Shown here in pieces: positions 25,026-37,870 of a stretch of 64,000 nt of DNA. Origin of the DNA: the human T2T-CHM13v2.0 reference genome, Homo sapiens; the NCBI RefSeq assembly GCF_009914755.1, contig NC_060941.1; one strand, written 5' to 3'. The number at the start of each line of letters is the position of its first letter. Positions within the stretch are counted from its first letter, which is position 1. Below the pieces are notes generated by a model. It had not been told where the DNA came from. It saw nothing but the letters and a program-made list of their open reading frames with translations, and searched no databases. A program made the translations under genes and the position numbers.

Positions 25026-26139
25026 CCAATAAGCCCCTAGAAGGCCTGGGGATGTCTGCACTTTTATTCAGCAACCACGGGACAATGCAGTGCAATGGCT
25101 GGTAGGAGAGACTCAGTACATCCTTGCTGAAGGAATGAATGCATGTGTAATGAACGAATGAGGATCAAAAAGCAGATGCAAGAGCGGGTCCGCTGCTGGG
25201 GGAAGGGGAGTGGCATTAAATAGCTGGCGGCAGGGAGACACAGCTGTCCATGATTCTGAGGAAGGTGGCACTGGGCAAGGCAGGGACCAGGAAAAAAGCA
25301 TTCCTGGGACAGAGGCAGTGCTAAAGAGACGATTGCCGACAGATGCCTGACCTCTGAGAGGCCTGGGGGCTATGTGGGGGAAGGTTCAGGGACAGTGTGG
25401 GGGCTGGGAGAAAAGACAGACAGGAGGGAGGAGGAAGGAGAAGTAAAGTCACAAAAGGGAGGGATGGGAAGATGCACAGAGGCAGAGCGCGAGACCAGCA
25501 AGGCAGCAGGGAAGGCCGGTGGAGGGGAGGCAGAGGTCTTGGAGTGTTGGTGCTGGCTGGCTCTGGTGAGGAGGTGTGACTGCATCCTAGAGGTCTCTGC
25601 AGCCTGGGATTGAAACCATCCATTTGCCTGACAGCTGAGAGTGGAGTAGGCCTAGGCCCTGACCTTTCTTCCTCTCATCTAGGGGAAAGCGGCTTCTATT
25701 ACCTAAACTCCCCTTCTTCTCAGTAGGCTGGGGGCAGCGGGCCGGGCTCCCTGGACTCCTTTGCATCTTCTAGGCCTCCTTGTGGGGATACTGGATACTC
25801 TGCGATCGGCCGATCAGCCCGCTACTGGGTCTAAGGAACCCAGGAGGAGGGAGGCAGCCTGAAACTCCAAGGGGCAGGTGGGGTCTCTAGCCCAGGCCTT
25901 GGTGCACAGTTTGAGAAGGAGCCCCCAGGACATCCTGGAATCTGGAGGAGAAAGAGTGGAACCTCTTCCCTGCCCATCTCATAGTGACATCCCAGAAGAC
26001 ACCGCCAATCCCCTATAGCCCTGACCAGGAAACCAAAGGTGGCCTCGACGCCAAGCCTCATCCATGTGTGAGGACAGCAGGGGGCTGCCCTCTCTTGTGA
26101 ATAGGCTGCGTACATTTCCCATCCCACCTTCCTTGAGAG

Positions 26140-26335
26140 CAGGACTATGGGAGTCACAGCCACTCAGGTTGCAGTCCCCACTCTGCCACTTTGTGCTGTG
26201 TGGCTTAGAAGGCGCTGCATAACTTCTCTGAGCTCATCTGTCAAATGGGGATCTCCACCCTCCCTCCTGGTGTCGCTGACAGGAAAAATGACATGATGCC
26301 TTCATCTTAAGCATGGTGCCTGGTACTGGTGTGCA
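26140..26335 (+). mobile_element. MIR SINE
   Basis: GGACTATGGGAGTCACAG...CTCTGCCACTT...AACTTCTCTGAGCTCATCTGTCAAATGGGGAT...CATGGTGCCTGG. Confidence 0.8.
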
Positions 26336-26446
26336 TCTGCTGGGTGAATGGCGGGGTGGGGCATTCTGCAGTCCGGCTGCCTCCTGGGGAACATAGACTG
26401 TTTCCTTCTTCGCCTGTCTTGCTTCACATGCAACACGTGTGTGCTT

Positions 26447-26636
26447 ATATGTGTGCTGGTGAACACTTAACATCCTGTTCCCCAGGAAATATAAAAAAGC
26501 CCTGATTGCCCACCATTGCCAATTTCCCTGGTGTAAATGCTCTAGCTGTGGCTGATTTGAAGCTATCAGTGGGACATCATGGGCTACGGATTGGGAAGAG
26601 AGGCACACAGTGAGCACCGGCTCTGGCACACCATTG
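26447..26636 (+). mobile_element. MER63-like hAT-Blackjack MITE
   Basis: GTGTGCTGGT...TGCCAATTTCCCTGGTGTAAATGCTC...GCTGATTTGAAGCTA...TTGGGAAGAGA...GCACACCATTG. Confidence 0.75.
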
Positions 26637-26991
26637 CCTGCCATCACCAAAGTAGGGTGTGGAGCAGAAATCTCTCTATCCATGGATGTGGCTGGCAGGG
26701 GGCTGATTAGGAACCTGGGTGAGGTCAGTTGAGTTCCTGCCACACAAAGCTGCTTGGACCAGAGTGATCATTGTTCATGTGGGGAGAAGGCAGGGGGCGG
26801 CTGGGGGTGATGCATGCCCTCCATAAGGACCACGCCCACCCACCAAGCACATCCTTTCTTCCTAATTCCTCTGTTTCCTCCACGCCCACTCTGACACTTT
26901 TCCTTTTCTGATTTCACACATCTTAGAAACTCTTAGCTGGTTCCACGTGCTTTGCCTACACTAGCAAGCAAATCCCAATTTCCCCGCCCTG

Positions 26992-27176
26992 CAGTTCATG
27001 GACGAGACCACACCTGGGCTATATCAGCATCACCCAGAGGGCTTGTTAGACCACAGAGGTGCAGGGCCCCACTCACAGCCTTTAATATAGCAGGTCTGGG
27101 TGGGCCTGAGATTTGCATTTCTAGCAAGTTCTCAGGTGATGCTGCTGCCCTAGAGGCCATCCTTTAAGAACCCCTG
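26992..27176. mobile_element. MER5-family hAT-Charlie MITE
   Basis: ATCAGCATCACCCAG...GGGCCTGAGATTTGCATTTCTAGCAAGTTCTCAGGTGATGCTG...TTTAAGAACCCCTG. Confidence 0.85.
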
Positions 27177-29104
27177 GACCTGGATCAGCAAGCAGGTCAC
27201 TGGGATCCAGACAGCTGCAGGCTGTGCTGTTGTGGAAGGTTTGGTGTTGGGAGTTCAGAGGCTCTTTTCCAGCCCCAGAAAAGCCTACGACTTACTTCCT
27301 TGTTGGCATTCCACCCCAACCCCTCTCCAGCCTCCTTCCGAGGCTTCCGCTGACCCCTGCACCTCTCTGCCATCTACACCCTCCAAACCCCCAGGCTGGG
27401 CCACCTGGGCACCTCCCACCTCTCTTTGTACCAGGGCTAGGTGTGCCGAAGCCTTTTCAGGCAAGGGGAGAGCTGACCAGGGGGGCCACACAGAGACAGC
27501 TGGGGCTGCTGGCTATTGTCCTAGAGGCAGCAGAACACGCTGCCCCCACGCCAGTGCGGGGGTCGCAAAATCACTCGTTGCTTTCCTTCTCCAAGGTTCC
27601 ATGTGCAAGCAATGCACAACTAGTTTCTGCCTCACATCCCCTGGCCATGCTGGGGGCAGGTGACAAGGGTCCACTGGGGGCCTCTCTGAAGTTGGGGGGC
27701 TATAAAAGTGGTTCCAGAGGGTGAAGGAGACTGTAGCCCCGCCTCCTTCCCTACTCCGCCTTCCTGCTGATAGTCTAATCTCGGCCTCCTGAGTAACTAA
27801 TCCCCCTAATGGGATCAACATCTCTGTCCCTGCACTTTACTTACATAATGGGTCAGGGAGGCCTTCCTCTAACCAGGTTGGAGGACCGCTGGGTGGAGGG
27901 GCAGGAGTGAGATCTGGGGTGCAGGAGCATTAGCTCACCCTGAGGCTTTGGGGACTGTGAGGATGGATCGTAGCATGGTGCTGGTTGGAGGTGGCGGCTC
28001 AGGATCACGACGCATGTGCGTGCGTGCGTGTGCGGGCGCGCATCATGTGTGACTGGGCGCTCAGTTAATACTCAGCCGCAGATATTAATCCCTTTCTATG
28101 CAAAGAGACGATGGATTGTGAGCCCTGAGAAATCAAAGTTGAAACTCAGCCAACCTCCTGCCCTGCTCGCCTTGCCCCTGCCAAATGGCCGCGTCTGTTA
28201 ACGAGGGAGATAAACGGAGAGGCCATCAAAGCAGATTTCCAATCTGCCGATTTCGCTTTGGGGCCTTCAGAACTCGGTGGCTCACCTCCCCCTTCTGCCC
28301 CGACTCCAGCCTCCTCTGCCTTCGATTCCCACTTTGTTCCCCAGCCCCCATGCTTTTATCTCCCAAAGTTGGATCTATTGACCCAGCTCATAAGGGCTCC
28401 TTTCATCGGGCTCCAGAGCTGCTGATGGAGAGGCAGGCAGAGGGTGGAAGGGATGGAGAAGTGGGTTCTGCAGCCTGGAGGGTGGGGGCTGGGGAGAGGG
28501 GGAGGTTTGGGGGGATGAAGAGGTTGCCAAAGCAGACCGAAGCCTGTGTGGGTGGGGACGTGCCCAGCCTGGGATGTAGGAGGAGGCAGAAACCAACTCA
28601 GGGAGGGAGAATTGCCTGTAAGCAGGGGGAAGGAAGGCCCTTCTCAATGTGCCAATCTGATGGTGCATCTCCCGGCTGCATAGACTCAGATTCCCCACTT
28701 CAAATTCACTTTGCTCTTCTATTGTCTTGCCAGGAAGCAGCCTGAACCCATTCTTATGAGTGAAAATAAAAAATGACACCGCGGGAAAAATAACAAAACA
28801 GTTTCTCCATTCACAAACCCCCCAAAGGCTGAAAGAAAAGAGGATGAAGAGGGTGGAGGGGTCACCTGTGCACTGACCTGACCTGGAACACAGTACCCAC
28901 TGATCCCTTCAAGGATGGGTGGTTTTATTTCCATTCTGCAGATGGTAGAGTGTGGATAGGTAACTTACAGCTGGTACCTGGGAGACAGACTTCTGACTCC
29001 CGGGAACGGCGGTGTTCACTGCACTTGGCCTGGCTGGAAAGGCTCAGTGAATATTTGTAGTAATAGCACAGACTCAGAAGCCAGACAGACTGACCTCCAG
29101 TAGG

Positions 29105-29230
29105 TGCCACGGTTGTGCTGATTTTATAGACAGGGAAACTGAGGCACAGATAGGTCAAGCAGCTTTCCAAAGCCACCCAGATAAAAATCAGCTGACCAGT
29201 CTCCTGGCTCCTGAGTCTGTACTCCAGCGG
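29105..29230 (-). mobile_element. MIR SINE
   Basis: ATTTTATAGACAGGGAAACTGAGGCACAGATAGGTCAAG. Confidence 0.8.
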
Positions 29231-30539
29231 CTCCACCAGGCCTCTGATTTCTTCTTTGTTTGGACTCCCCTTACCAGCTTTCCCTGGCCTCCACCCATCT
29301 CTCTGTCTCCTTTTAAATGGATCATTTAGGGTCTTCTGCCAGAAACCCACCATGTGATGCTGGGGCCTCGGAGCCCTAACCCAGCCAGGACTCCGGCTTT
29401 AAAATGTGCAAGCATAGCTCTTTCAATAAATACAAAAATAAGTAAATTAAATGTGCACAGGTGACATTTGAAAAGATGAATGGATGAGCAAACCACCTCC
29501 TGGCCTCCGAATGAACAGAGTCAAACAACTTCTCGCCCACGCCTAGCCCACACTGGGGATTCGGGGAGGGAAGCTCTGGAGAAACATCATGATTCCTCTG
29601 GAAGCACCCACCTCTACCACATCAGGGTAGAGGAGAGGAAGAGGACAGAAAATCACATAAGCAGGCACCCAGTGTATGCCACAGCCATTTCGTCTCAGCC
29701 TGAAGAGGCTAGGAGTCCCACCTTGGCCTCAGTGTCAGCACTTTCTAGATGGGGCACCGACCAGTTAGAAGCAGAGTGGGCCTAGAAGCCAGGCCTCTGG
29801 ACTCCCTTGCCTTGGGCCTAGGAGGTCACCCCATTGCTGCTCTAACCTTCAGGGCACTTAGTTTCTGAACCACCAGCTGTCCTTCTGATCTCCTTTGTAG
29901 ACCCTGGGAGCATTCTGTAGAACATAGTGAGCCTCCCTCTAAGAGGAAGGGGGCAGGTGACCTCAGGAGAAGGCTGGAGAAAGGACAGGTGGAGTGGCCT
30001 TATCATGCTGCCCTGCCTCAGTTCCTTAGAAGTCCCCATCCCCAAAGAGAAGAGGAACCAGGCTATGTCCCACACCCCAAATCTCCCAAGGAACTAAGGA
30101 GAAGCTTTGGAGATGTTTCCTTGTCGCTTGAAATGTGTTTGGCCATCACTCACTGGACAGGCTGAGCAGGCCCCTTAAAGTGAAAAAACAACCATTAACG
30201 GGGACAGCCAGAAATCATTCGTCTGTCATCAAAGGGAAGTGAAGTCTGTGAGGGAGACAGCCTGGGAGCGCCGGGGCAGGGTCAGCGGGAAGGGAGAGAT
30301 TAAACACCCAGCTGTACATCAGCCCTGCTCGGCTCAGCACAGCCAGGAGTGGGCAGAGGCCAGCAGGAGAGGGAGGGCCAGATGGGGACGCTGATGGGGA
30401 GAGGAGAGAGGGAGCTGGGGGGTGGTGGGGGGCAAAAGCACGGCTAGGGTTCAGGTCCAAGGACCCTTTGGTGAAAGCAAGTGACACAGCACCGGAGTCA
30501 CATATGAAGCATTTTGCTTGGGTGGCAGCAAGAGCTTTG

Positions 30540-31240
30540 TTATGGGTAAAATTGAGTCCCACCAGAAGATACAGTGAAGCCCTCAGTCCTGGGACCTGTG
30601 AATGTGACCTTCTTTGAAAATATAGTCTTTGCAGAGGTAATCAAGTTAAGATGAGGTCACAAAGGTGGCCCCTAATACAATTTAACTGATGTCCTGAGAA
30701 GAAGAGAGAACGTGGGCAGAGACACACGGGGGGAATGCCATGTGATGACAGAGGCGGAGATGGAGTCATGCGGCTGTGAGCTGGGGTACCCAGGATGGGC
30801 GGCCCCCACCAGAGACGGGGTCATGCAGCTGTGGGCCACGGTACCCAGGATGGGCAGCCCCCACCAGAGACGGGGTCATGCAGCTGTGAGCCACGGTACC
30901 CAGGATGGGCAGCCCCCACCAGAGACGGGGTCATGCAGCTGTGAGCCACGGTACCCAGGATGGGCAGCCCCCAACAGAGACGGGGTCATGCAGCTGTGAG
31001 CCACGGTACCCAGGAGGAGCAGCCCCCACCAGAGACGGGGTCATGCAGCTGTGAACCACGGTACCCAGGATGGGCTGTCCCCACTGGAAGCTGGAAGAGG
31101 TGGGGAACGATTCTGCTCAGAGCCTCCGAGGGAGCAGGGCCCTGCTGAGGTCATATGTCCCATCCTCAGCATGGCAATAGAGTCTATTTCGGTGGTTCTA
31201 AGCCACTCAGCATGTGACTTTGTTACTGCAAATCCCAGGA
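30540..31240 (+). mobile_element. MLT1 MaLR LTR carrying an internal tandem expansion
   Basis: GTGAATGTGACCTT...GTCTTTGCAGAGGTAATCAAGTTAAGATGAGGTCAC...AGAGCCTCCGAGGGAGC...TTTGTTACTGCA. Confidence 0.88.
30756..31085 (+). repeat. 55-bp minisatellite (VNTR), about 6 copies
   Basis: Unit AGAGACGGGGTCATGCAGCTGTGAGCCACGGTACCCAGGATGGGCAGCCCCCACC starts at 30811, 30866, 30921, 30976 and 31031, plus a diverged first copy. Confidence 0.97.
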
Positions 31241-31519
31241 GTGAATTCCATCCCTGACTTTATTCTCCAATAACACTGGAACTTTACACACACACACAGT
31301 CCCCAATATACTAAACATATTTCTTTGTGTCTAACGTCAATGCTTCTTGCTGTCGCAATGAGACTACTTTAGCTTCAGCAGGGTCTCTCATCACCGCTGT
31401 GATTCTCCTAACAGAATATGGGACTAGGTATGATATTTGCTATTAAACCCATAACATAATATATATATAATATACCCATTTTATAACTGAGGATAATGTT
31501 TATTTATTTATTGCTCCCA

Positions 31520-31650
31520 CTTAAGCAAAACACTTCGTGCGTGACCCTGGTGCTATGTCACTTGCTTTCACCAAAAGGTCCTTGGGCCTCTTCCCATTTG
31601 ATAAATGAGGAAACTGAGGCTAGCTAGGAGGGGTAACTGGGAGGACAACC
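31520..31650 (-). mobile_element. MIR SINE
   Basis: CCCATTTGATAAATGAGGAAACTGAGGCT. Confidence 0.7.
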
Positions 31651-32789
31651 ATCAATTGGTAGGAGAGTCTCACATTTGGGCACCCATGCCAGTGACCTGT
31701 CTTCTGCCTCTCCCCTCGTGGGCTGTGGTTAATCTACCCCTAAGTCAGGCCCTACCCGGAAGGCAGGTGAGCACTTGACAGGAGATAAGTGGGTGGTCCA
31801 GAGTCTTCCCTGGGGCAGGAGCTGGGGCTAAGCCTGCAGAACCTCTGCCCTAGCCAGAGATAGAGGTGCTGAGTTGTGGCTACACCGTACACCCCAGCCT
31901 CCCCTACAGCACTTTCCTGGCAAATGTGGTCTCGGCCATCAAGCTGCCAATGGTAAGCTGCTAGGCCCCCTGAGAGTAGGTGTCTGCCAGTGTCTGCCCA
32001 GCCCCTAACATGGGGCACCCCTCCCGCTACTCCTGGCCAAAGTGGTATGAGCACCCTCAGAGCAGCTGTGAGGACAGCTCTGGCTGGGGAGAGGCAGCTG
32101 GGCCCCAGAGGGCTGGGGCAGCAGTGAAGGGAGGTGCCCGGGGGGCTGCAGGGGATGGGCTGCAGTGTGTGGAAAGAGCTGCCTGCCAGGAGCTCTCCAC
32201 CCTTCTAAAAGGTGGACCAGGGCCAGAGCCAGGCTCTCCCTGCTGGTGGAGCGGATGTGGGGCATGGCTAATCCCCAAGCTGCAGATGACATCAGAAGGA
32301 CCAAGGCTAGCTCGGGCAGCACACTTAGCACATGGGCGCCTTGCTGGGTGCTCCATCCCATCCCCTCTCAACATCCTCACCTCTATCTTAGCAGGGCAAT
32401 ACCGCACCACCCCCATTTCACAGACAAGGACCCCGAGATAGGTAGAGGGGTGAGTGCCCGTGGTCTACTTCATGGCGACTTCAAGGCCAGAGCTCGCCCC
32501 ACCCTCCCTCCGTCTCTCCCTGCTGGCTCTTCATTTCTCGTGGCGTGTTTACCTTCCTGATTTTGCCTGCTTTTGTTTGGTTTGATATGAAAATGAGTTT
32601 GCCCAGAATGCACAGCGGCAGAAGGAAGGGGGCGCGGGGCGGAGTCACGCTGAGTGACAGGAATGTGCAGACGTTGAATTAAAAGCAGCTTGGCACAAAC
32701 AGAATCCGGCTACGGAAAATTCAAAATGTATTTAGAGCCGAGTGGAAGATCCTCGTCAATCGGGCTCATGGTTTGGTGGAAACCACCTA

Positions 32790-32950
32790 GGCTGGGATGC
32801 AAGTCCAGGCCTGTTCTTGCCTGTGTGCCCTGAGGAGAGCCCCAAACCTCTCTGAGCCTGCCTCTTCTGCTGATAAACAGTGTCAATGGCATCTCTTTTA
32901 CAGGAGTGTCGCGACAAGGATTAAATAAAACAGCATCTGTGAAGTGCGTG
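32790..32950 (+). mobile_element. MIR SINE (diverged)
   Basis: AACCTCTCTGAGCCT...AGGATTAAATAAAACAGCATCTGTGAAGTGC. Confidence 0.55.
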
Positions 32951-33679
32951 TTGCCAACTGCCAAGTGTCATACAATGGTGAGGTTGTATTTTTGGATTGT
33001 CTGCTTCCAGGGATGTCTAAAGTACCTGGGACTGGCCCATCTCATCACAGTGCAGGCAGTGCGCTGGCCCCAAGTCCCTCTCTGGGGGCTGTGCCTCTCT
33101 GTCTGACCCTCCACGCTTCCCATCCCTGGTGCCTTCTGAGGTGGGTTCCCAGGGACCAGCATGGCTGGGAGAACAAAACTGAGGTTGTGACTTGCCTGAC
33201 AGCAGCAGGGGCAGCTTCTGGTGGGGATGGCTGCTCCTGTGATGGAGGGGGTGCTACAAGAGAGAGCAGGGGTCCTCCCATCTGTACGTGCCTGGAGCGA
33301 CCCTGGCTTGGCCTCCTGGGTGCCTGTTGGTGGAGGGGGCTGGTGAAACAGCTCAGCAGGAATGAGGGAAACCTGCCACAAGCGAACTCCAGCCAGGGCC
33401 TGGTGGTGAGCAGCACAGGGCTCTCAATGAGCAGCCGGGCCTGGTAAGCAGCACAGTGGCCCTCCGTGAGCTGTGCCCTGCTGGGCAGGCTGGGCCTCCG
33501 TCCCCTCAACGAGGAGGGGTGGAGGCAGGGCAGGATTATGAGGCAGCAAGGGGAGAGGGAGGACCCAGGGGAAGGGCCAGCCACGGAGAGGCAGTAGTGG
33601 AGGGGTCTTGGGATTCGGGGCCTCTAGCAGGGCCAGGCTGGGAACCGAGGACACTTGGTCTCCCTCCCTGGGCCTGCAA

Positions 33680-33780
33680 CAGGCCTGAAATTCATGCCAT
33701 TTGGTGGCCCTCTTTAAGAACACAAAATATCAAATATAAAATTAGGTGCCAAAGTCCGGAAAGGGCAGGAGATTCCCGGA
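33680..33780. mobile_element. probable hAT-type MITE relic (family uncertain)
   Basis: AT-rich GGCCCTCTTTAAGAACACAAAATATCAAATATAAAATTAGG resembles old hAT elements as I recall them. Confidence 0.35.
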
Positions 33781-35229
33781 AATGACTGCAGTCCCACAAG
33801 CACCCAGAAGTGAGGACATTCATAAGACACCCTCCCCTAGGCCCTGGAGAGCGAGACTCGGATCTGGGGAGATTGGTGTGAGTCCTGGGATGGGGGCCAC
33901 ACAAGTTCTAGGCCACGCCCCCTCTGCAGCATAGGCAGGTCCCCTCCAGGGCGCAGTTTCCTCATCTGCAAAAGAGGGGATGGGAGAGGGGAATCTGAAG
34001 GTCTTTCCCAGCTGTCATTTGTTCATTGCTTCTGGGATTTTATGAATAGGGATGAGTGACCGGCAGCCTTCCATTTACTGGGGGCACTCAGCTCCCTGCC
34101 CTCTCATCCAGGATGTGAGGACTCCAGAAGGGCTGGGGAGGGGAGGAGGAGGAGAGGCTGGAGTGGGATGGCCTGCCCTCCCTGGGGTTGAGGCAGTGAT
34201 GGTGCCCGCACCCTCGCAGGTGTGGTGTGTGTGGGGCTGTCCTTCCGATGTCCTCAAAGAAGGCACACCAGGGCAGGTGCCATGCCGCTCATATCCCCTG
34301 GGAAAAGATTCCCCACTCTGAGGACAGGTGTGTGGCACAGCCCATCCCTATTCCTCCATGTGCAGATGCAGAGTCTATGTAAGCGACAGCCCAATGATTG
34401 CTTCCTCCTCCCACCAGACAGAGAACCACTCTTCAGAGGAAAATATCACCTTCCCCAGACTCTTCCGGCAATCGACACAGGAGTTATTAACACAAGGGAT
34501 GTGGGCTGGGCAAGTGCACCTTGATGCAGATGTGGCCGTGAGTCTGAGCCCAAGAAGAGCCACTGGCCCAGGTTGGTGCATGGGCACTGCCCTTGGGGGA
34601 TAGGGGCAGGCCAGCCTCCCACCCTCTTCCAGAGTCCAGCCTGACCAGCTTCCAACTAGGAGAGGCACAAGGGCCAGGCCCGCCCTCCAGGAATCCCAAG
34701 GTGCAGGGGGAGAGGCAGCTTCTGTCCCTGGGTGATGCCGCTCTACAAGTGTGAACTGAGTGCCTCCTGGGTGAGGCCACCCATGGGTCCCAGACACTCA
34801 TCACGGGGAAGAGGCAGTCACTCAGAGAGAGATGCAAGTGCTCTGAAACTGCAGGCAGAGGGACATCTAGGGGACACCAGGAGAGCTCCACAGACAAAGT
34901 CACCCTTCAGCATGGTCTTGAAGATGAGTGGAAATGAGGTAACGTGAGCACAGCATGTTTGGGACACAGGAGATAGTTTCACGTGGCCAAAAGTCAGGGC
35001 ACCTGGAGGCAAGGAGATGCTAAAGGTTTATCCCATAATGACGGTCCCCTGTATGTACAAAGAGGCTTTCCACATCCTTTGCCTTCGAGGGACTCACTTA
35101 AACTCCCACAACAAACTGTGAAGCTGGCCTGGCCCTGTCATCCTCAGGTTGCAGCTTCAGTGACTTCCTTCAGGAAACCTTCCTGGACTCCCCAGTGGAT
35201 GGGCTGGGGTCTGCCATGTTGTTCTCATA

Positions 35230-35560
35230 GTTCCTCCTCTTCACAGCATCATCACTGCCATTCCCTTGCCTGTCTCCCCACCCGCACTGAGCTCCGTGAG
35301 GACAGGGACTTGCCTGGCACATTGATCTTTGTGTCACCGTCAAAGTCTGCAATGGGATCTGGCAGAAAGAAGATACTCCACTTATTGGATGGAGGAGTGG
35401 ATGGATGGATGGAAAGAAGGAAAGACAAACGGACAGATGAATAGATGGATAAACAGATGGATGGATGAATATGTGTATGTATGCATGTGTGTATGGATGG
35501 ACAGAATGGATACATGGACAGATGGATAATGGATGGATGGATGGATAGTGGATGGATGGT
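35230..35560 (+). repeat. L2 3' end relic followed by a (TGGA)n-type expansion
   Basis: TGTCTCCCCACCCGCACTGAGCTCCGTGAGGACAGGGAC..., then about 175 bp of GGATGGAT-type repeats. Confidence 0.75.
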
Positions 35561-35994
35561 TGAGATACCTAGCAGTCCCAGATTCAAGTCGCATCATGTC
35601 AAGAATCACCTCAGAAAGCATCTAACTTAACCTCTTCATTTCACAGGGAGGAAACAGATCATGGAGGGGAAATGGCTTCCATGACACTTTTGAGGGGAAC
35701 AAGGGAGCAGCAGGGGTCAGAGCTCGGGTGTGCAGCACCCATGCCAGGACCTGCTGTTCATCCAGGCTGCTGGGGCGGCAGGTCCTTCACCATCAGGAGT
35801 GAATTACAGATCTCAGGTCACTGGGACCTCAACCATTCCCTGGACCTGTCTTCTGCAGAGACAGGCCTCCCAAGCACACCCCCTTGTCAAGGCTCTTTCT
35901 TCCTTGGGCCTCCACTCCTTCTTCCTTGGGCCCCCTCCTGTTGCATTTTAAAGATTTTCATAGTATGTGGTTTTGCCTAATAAAGCATTCTCAT

Positions 35995-36006
35995 TGCGTG
36001 CACGTG

Positions 36007-36038
<32 letters not shown>
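35995..36038. repeat. 18-bp palindrome running into (CA)n
   Basis: TGCGTGCACGTGCACGCA then CACACA... Confidence 0.95.
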
Positions 36039-36040
<2 letters not shown>

Positions 36041-37759
36041 GTGGAGGCTCAAGGAAGAAGGCCACCTTGGGGGCTGTGGCCTCTGTATCTTGTTGGGGTT
36101 CCCCTCCCCTGGAAATCCCTTCCTTTAGGGAGTGAACTGCAGGGAGCTTGCCCCTGCTGGACTCGCTCAACCCCGCCCTGCTTCTTCCCCAGCTGCCGAG
36201 CCTGCCGCCCTGCTTCTGACCCACCCCTACTGTATGTGGTTCGGGTCCCATGGCAGGAGGGGGACCCTGTGGAGAGTGATTGTGTCGCCACCTCAGTGAG
36301 ACTTTCTTCCTAAATAAATGAATGCACACACACACGAGCTACTTGAGAGACACCGGTGGTAGGGGTTAGAGATGAGGGGGTTGAGGGGAAATGTGCAAGA
36401 ACAAGGGAAGGGAGAGAAGGGGTGCGTTTGAGCTAAACATGCCCTGCCGCAAGCAGGCAAAGGGACCGGAAACAGAGGAGTCCCCATCCCCACCCACCAC
36501 TGCCTGGGGCCTCAGAAGGCGGATCACAAACATCACACTGGGAGGTTGGGGGACAGCACCGCCATTTCCAGCTGCTCCTCCAACCAGATTAAGGCCAATT
36601 AATTGAAGACCCCACTGAGCTGGATGATACAACCATCAGCTACTCTCAGGAGGGTGACCCAGCGCTGCAAGGCTGCCCTGGGATGCCCCGCCTGTCTGTC
36701 CAGGACTGGTTCTGGTCTCATTCTTCCACCAACCTCACAGTGTGCCTGGGGCCTGGGAGAGGGTCTCTGAGGCGGCTGGGGTCAGTTCCTCCTCTGCCTC
36801 TCAGGACTGGGTTGGATCAGACAAGTTAGGAGGTGGCCAGGGTGTGGAACAGGTAGGCTGTAGAGCAAGGAGGCTTGTGCAACCCGGGACTCAGATGAGG
36901 CCAATCCCTACATAGACTCAGACCCCAGGGCTCAAAAGATGGGACTGGGGAGGGGCTGGGGAAAAGACACCAGAAAGGCTTTTCAGGAAAGTGTTGGGGG
37001 AAGGAGTGCTGTCGGGGGCGGGGGGTGAGGAGAGGCAGAGAGAGAGATGGGAAGCCTGGACCCACCCCAGCTGCCCCCTCCGCCTTTCTCCCCTCCCTGA
37101 AGGTGCCAGGGCAGGCGGAGGCAGAGTTCAGACCTGCCCTCTCTCCTGTGCAGGCGGATGCAGGCGGAGGAGGAAAGAATCAATTAGTTCATTAGCTGAC
37201 ACGTCTGTGAACATGGCTCCCGGGACTTGACGGGCCTGGCGGCCAGTGGTGGTTTAATAGGCACTTTTGCTCTGAAATGATACCTGGGCCAGCAGCTTCT
37301 GCCACAGCACGGGGCTCGCTTAAAGAGGAGGGAGCCGCAGGCAGGGCAGAGAAAGCAGGAGAATGTGGAACAGCCTTGGCCAGAGAAGGGAAGGGCCCCC
37401 ACCCCCAGTCACTAGGCAGGCCACACTGCAGCCCAGTCACCACACAGGCCACACTGCCTCCTCTCTGGCTGACCAGAGGGAGCAAGGTGTCTGGGCAAGG
37501 TCCCTCTCAGGCCTGCCTGGGGCCATGGCCTGGACTGGGCAGCAGGTGTGGCTCAGAGACCCCTGGCATGGTGGTGGGGAGACCTCGCTTCCTGTCTCTG
37601 GGTCTTGGGGCCCTTGTGGGTCTGTGGAGTGACCTGGCCAGGTGACCCATAAGTCCCTTTCAGTTCTGACATGGCAAGATCTATGATCTGTTGGGGAAGG
37701 TACATTTCAGAATAAGCAGACTGATTTTTCAAATGCCCAACCACTCAAGTTATCAGGGT

Positions 37760-37870
37760 CTTGAGAACAGGACGGCTCAGAGAGGTGCAGGGATGGTACA
37801 GACAGGTGCAGAGCTGGGATGCAAACTCAGATTCCCTGGAACCCCCAGTCTGCACTCTTAGCCACGTCCT
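37760..37870 (-). mobile_element. MIR SINE fragment
   Basis: GGCTCAGAGAGG...GCAGAGCTGGGATGCAAACTCAG...CACTCTTAGCCAC. Confidence 0.6.

Noticed and set aside
30756-31085. CRISPR-like array
   Set aside because: Head-to-tail tandem units with no unique spacers, in eukaryotic LTR sequence.
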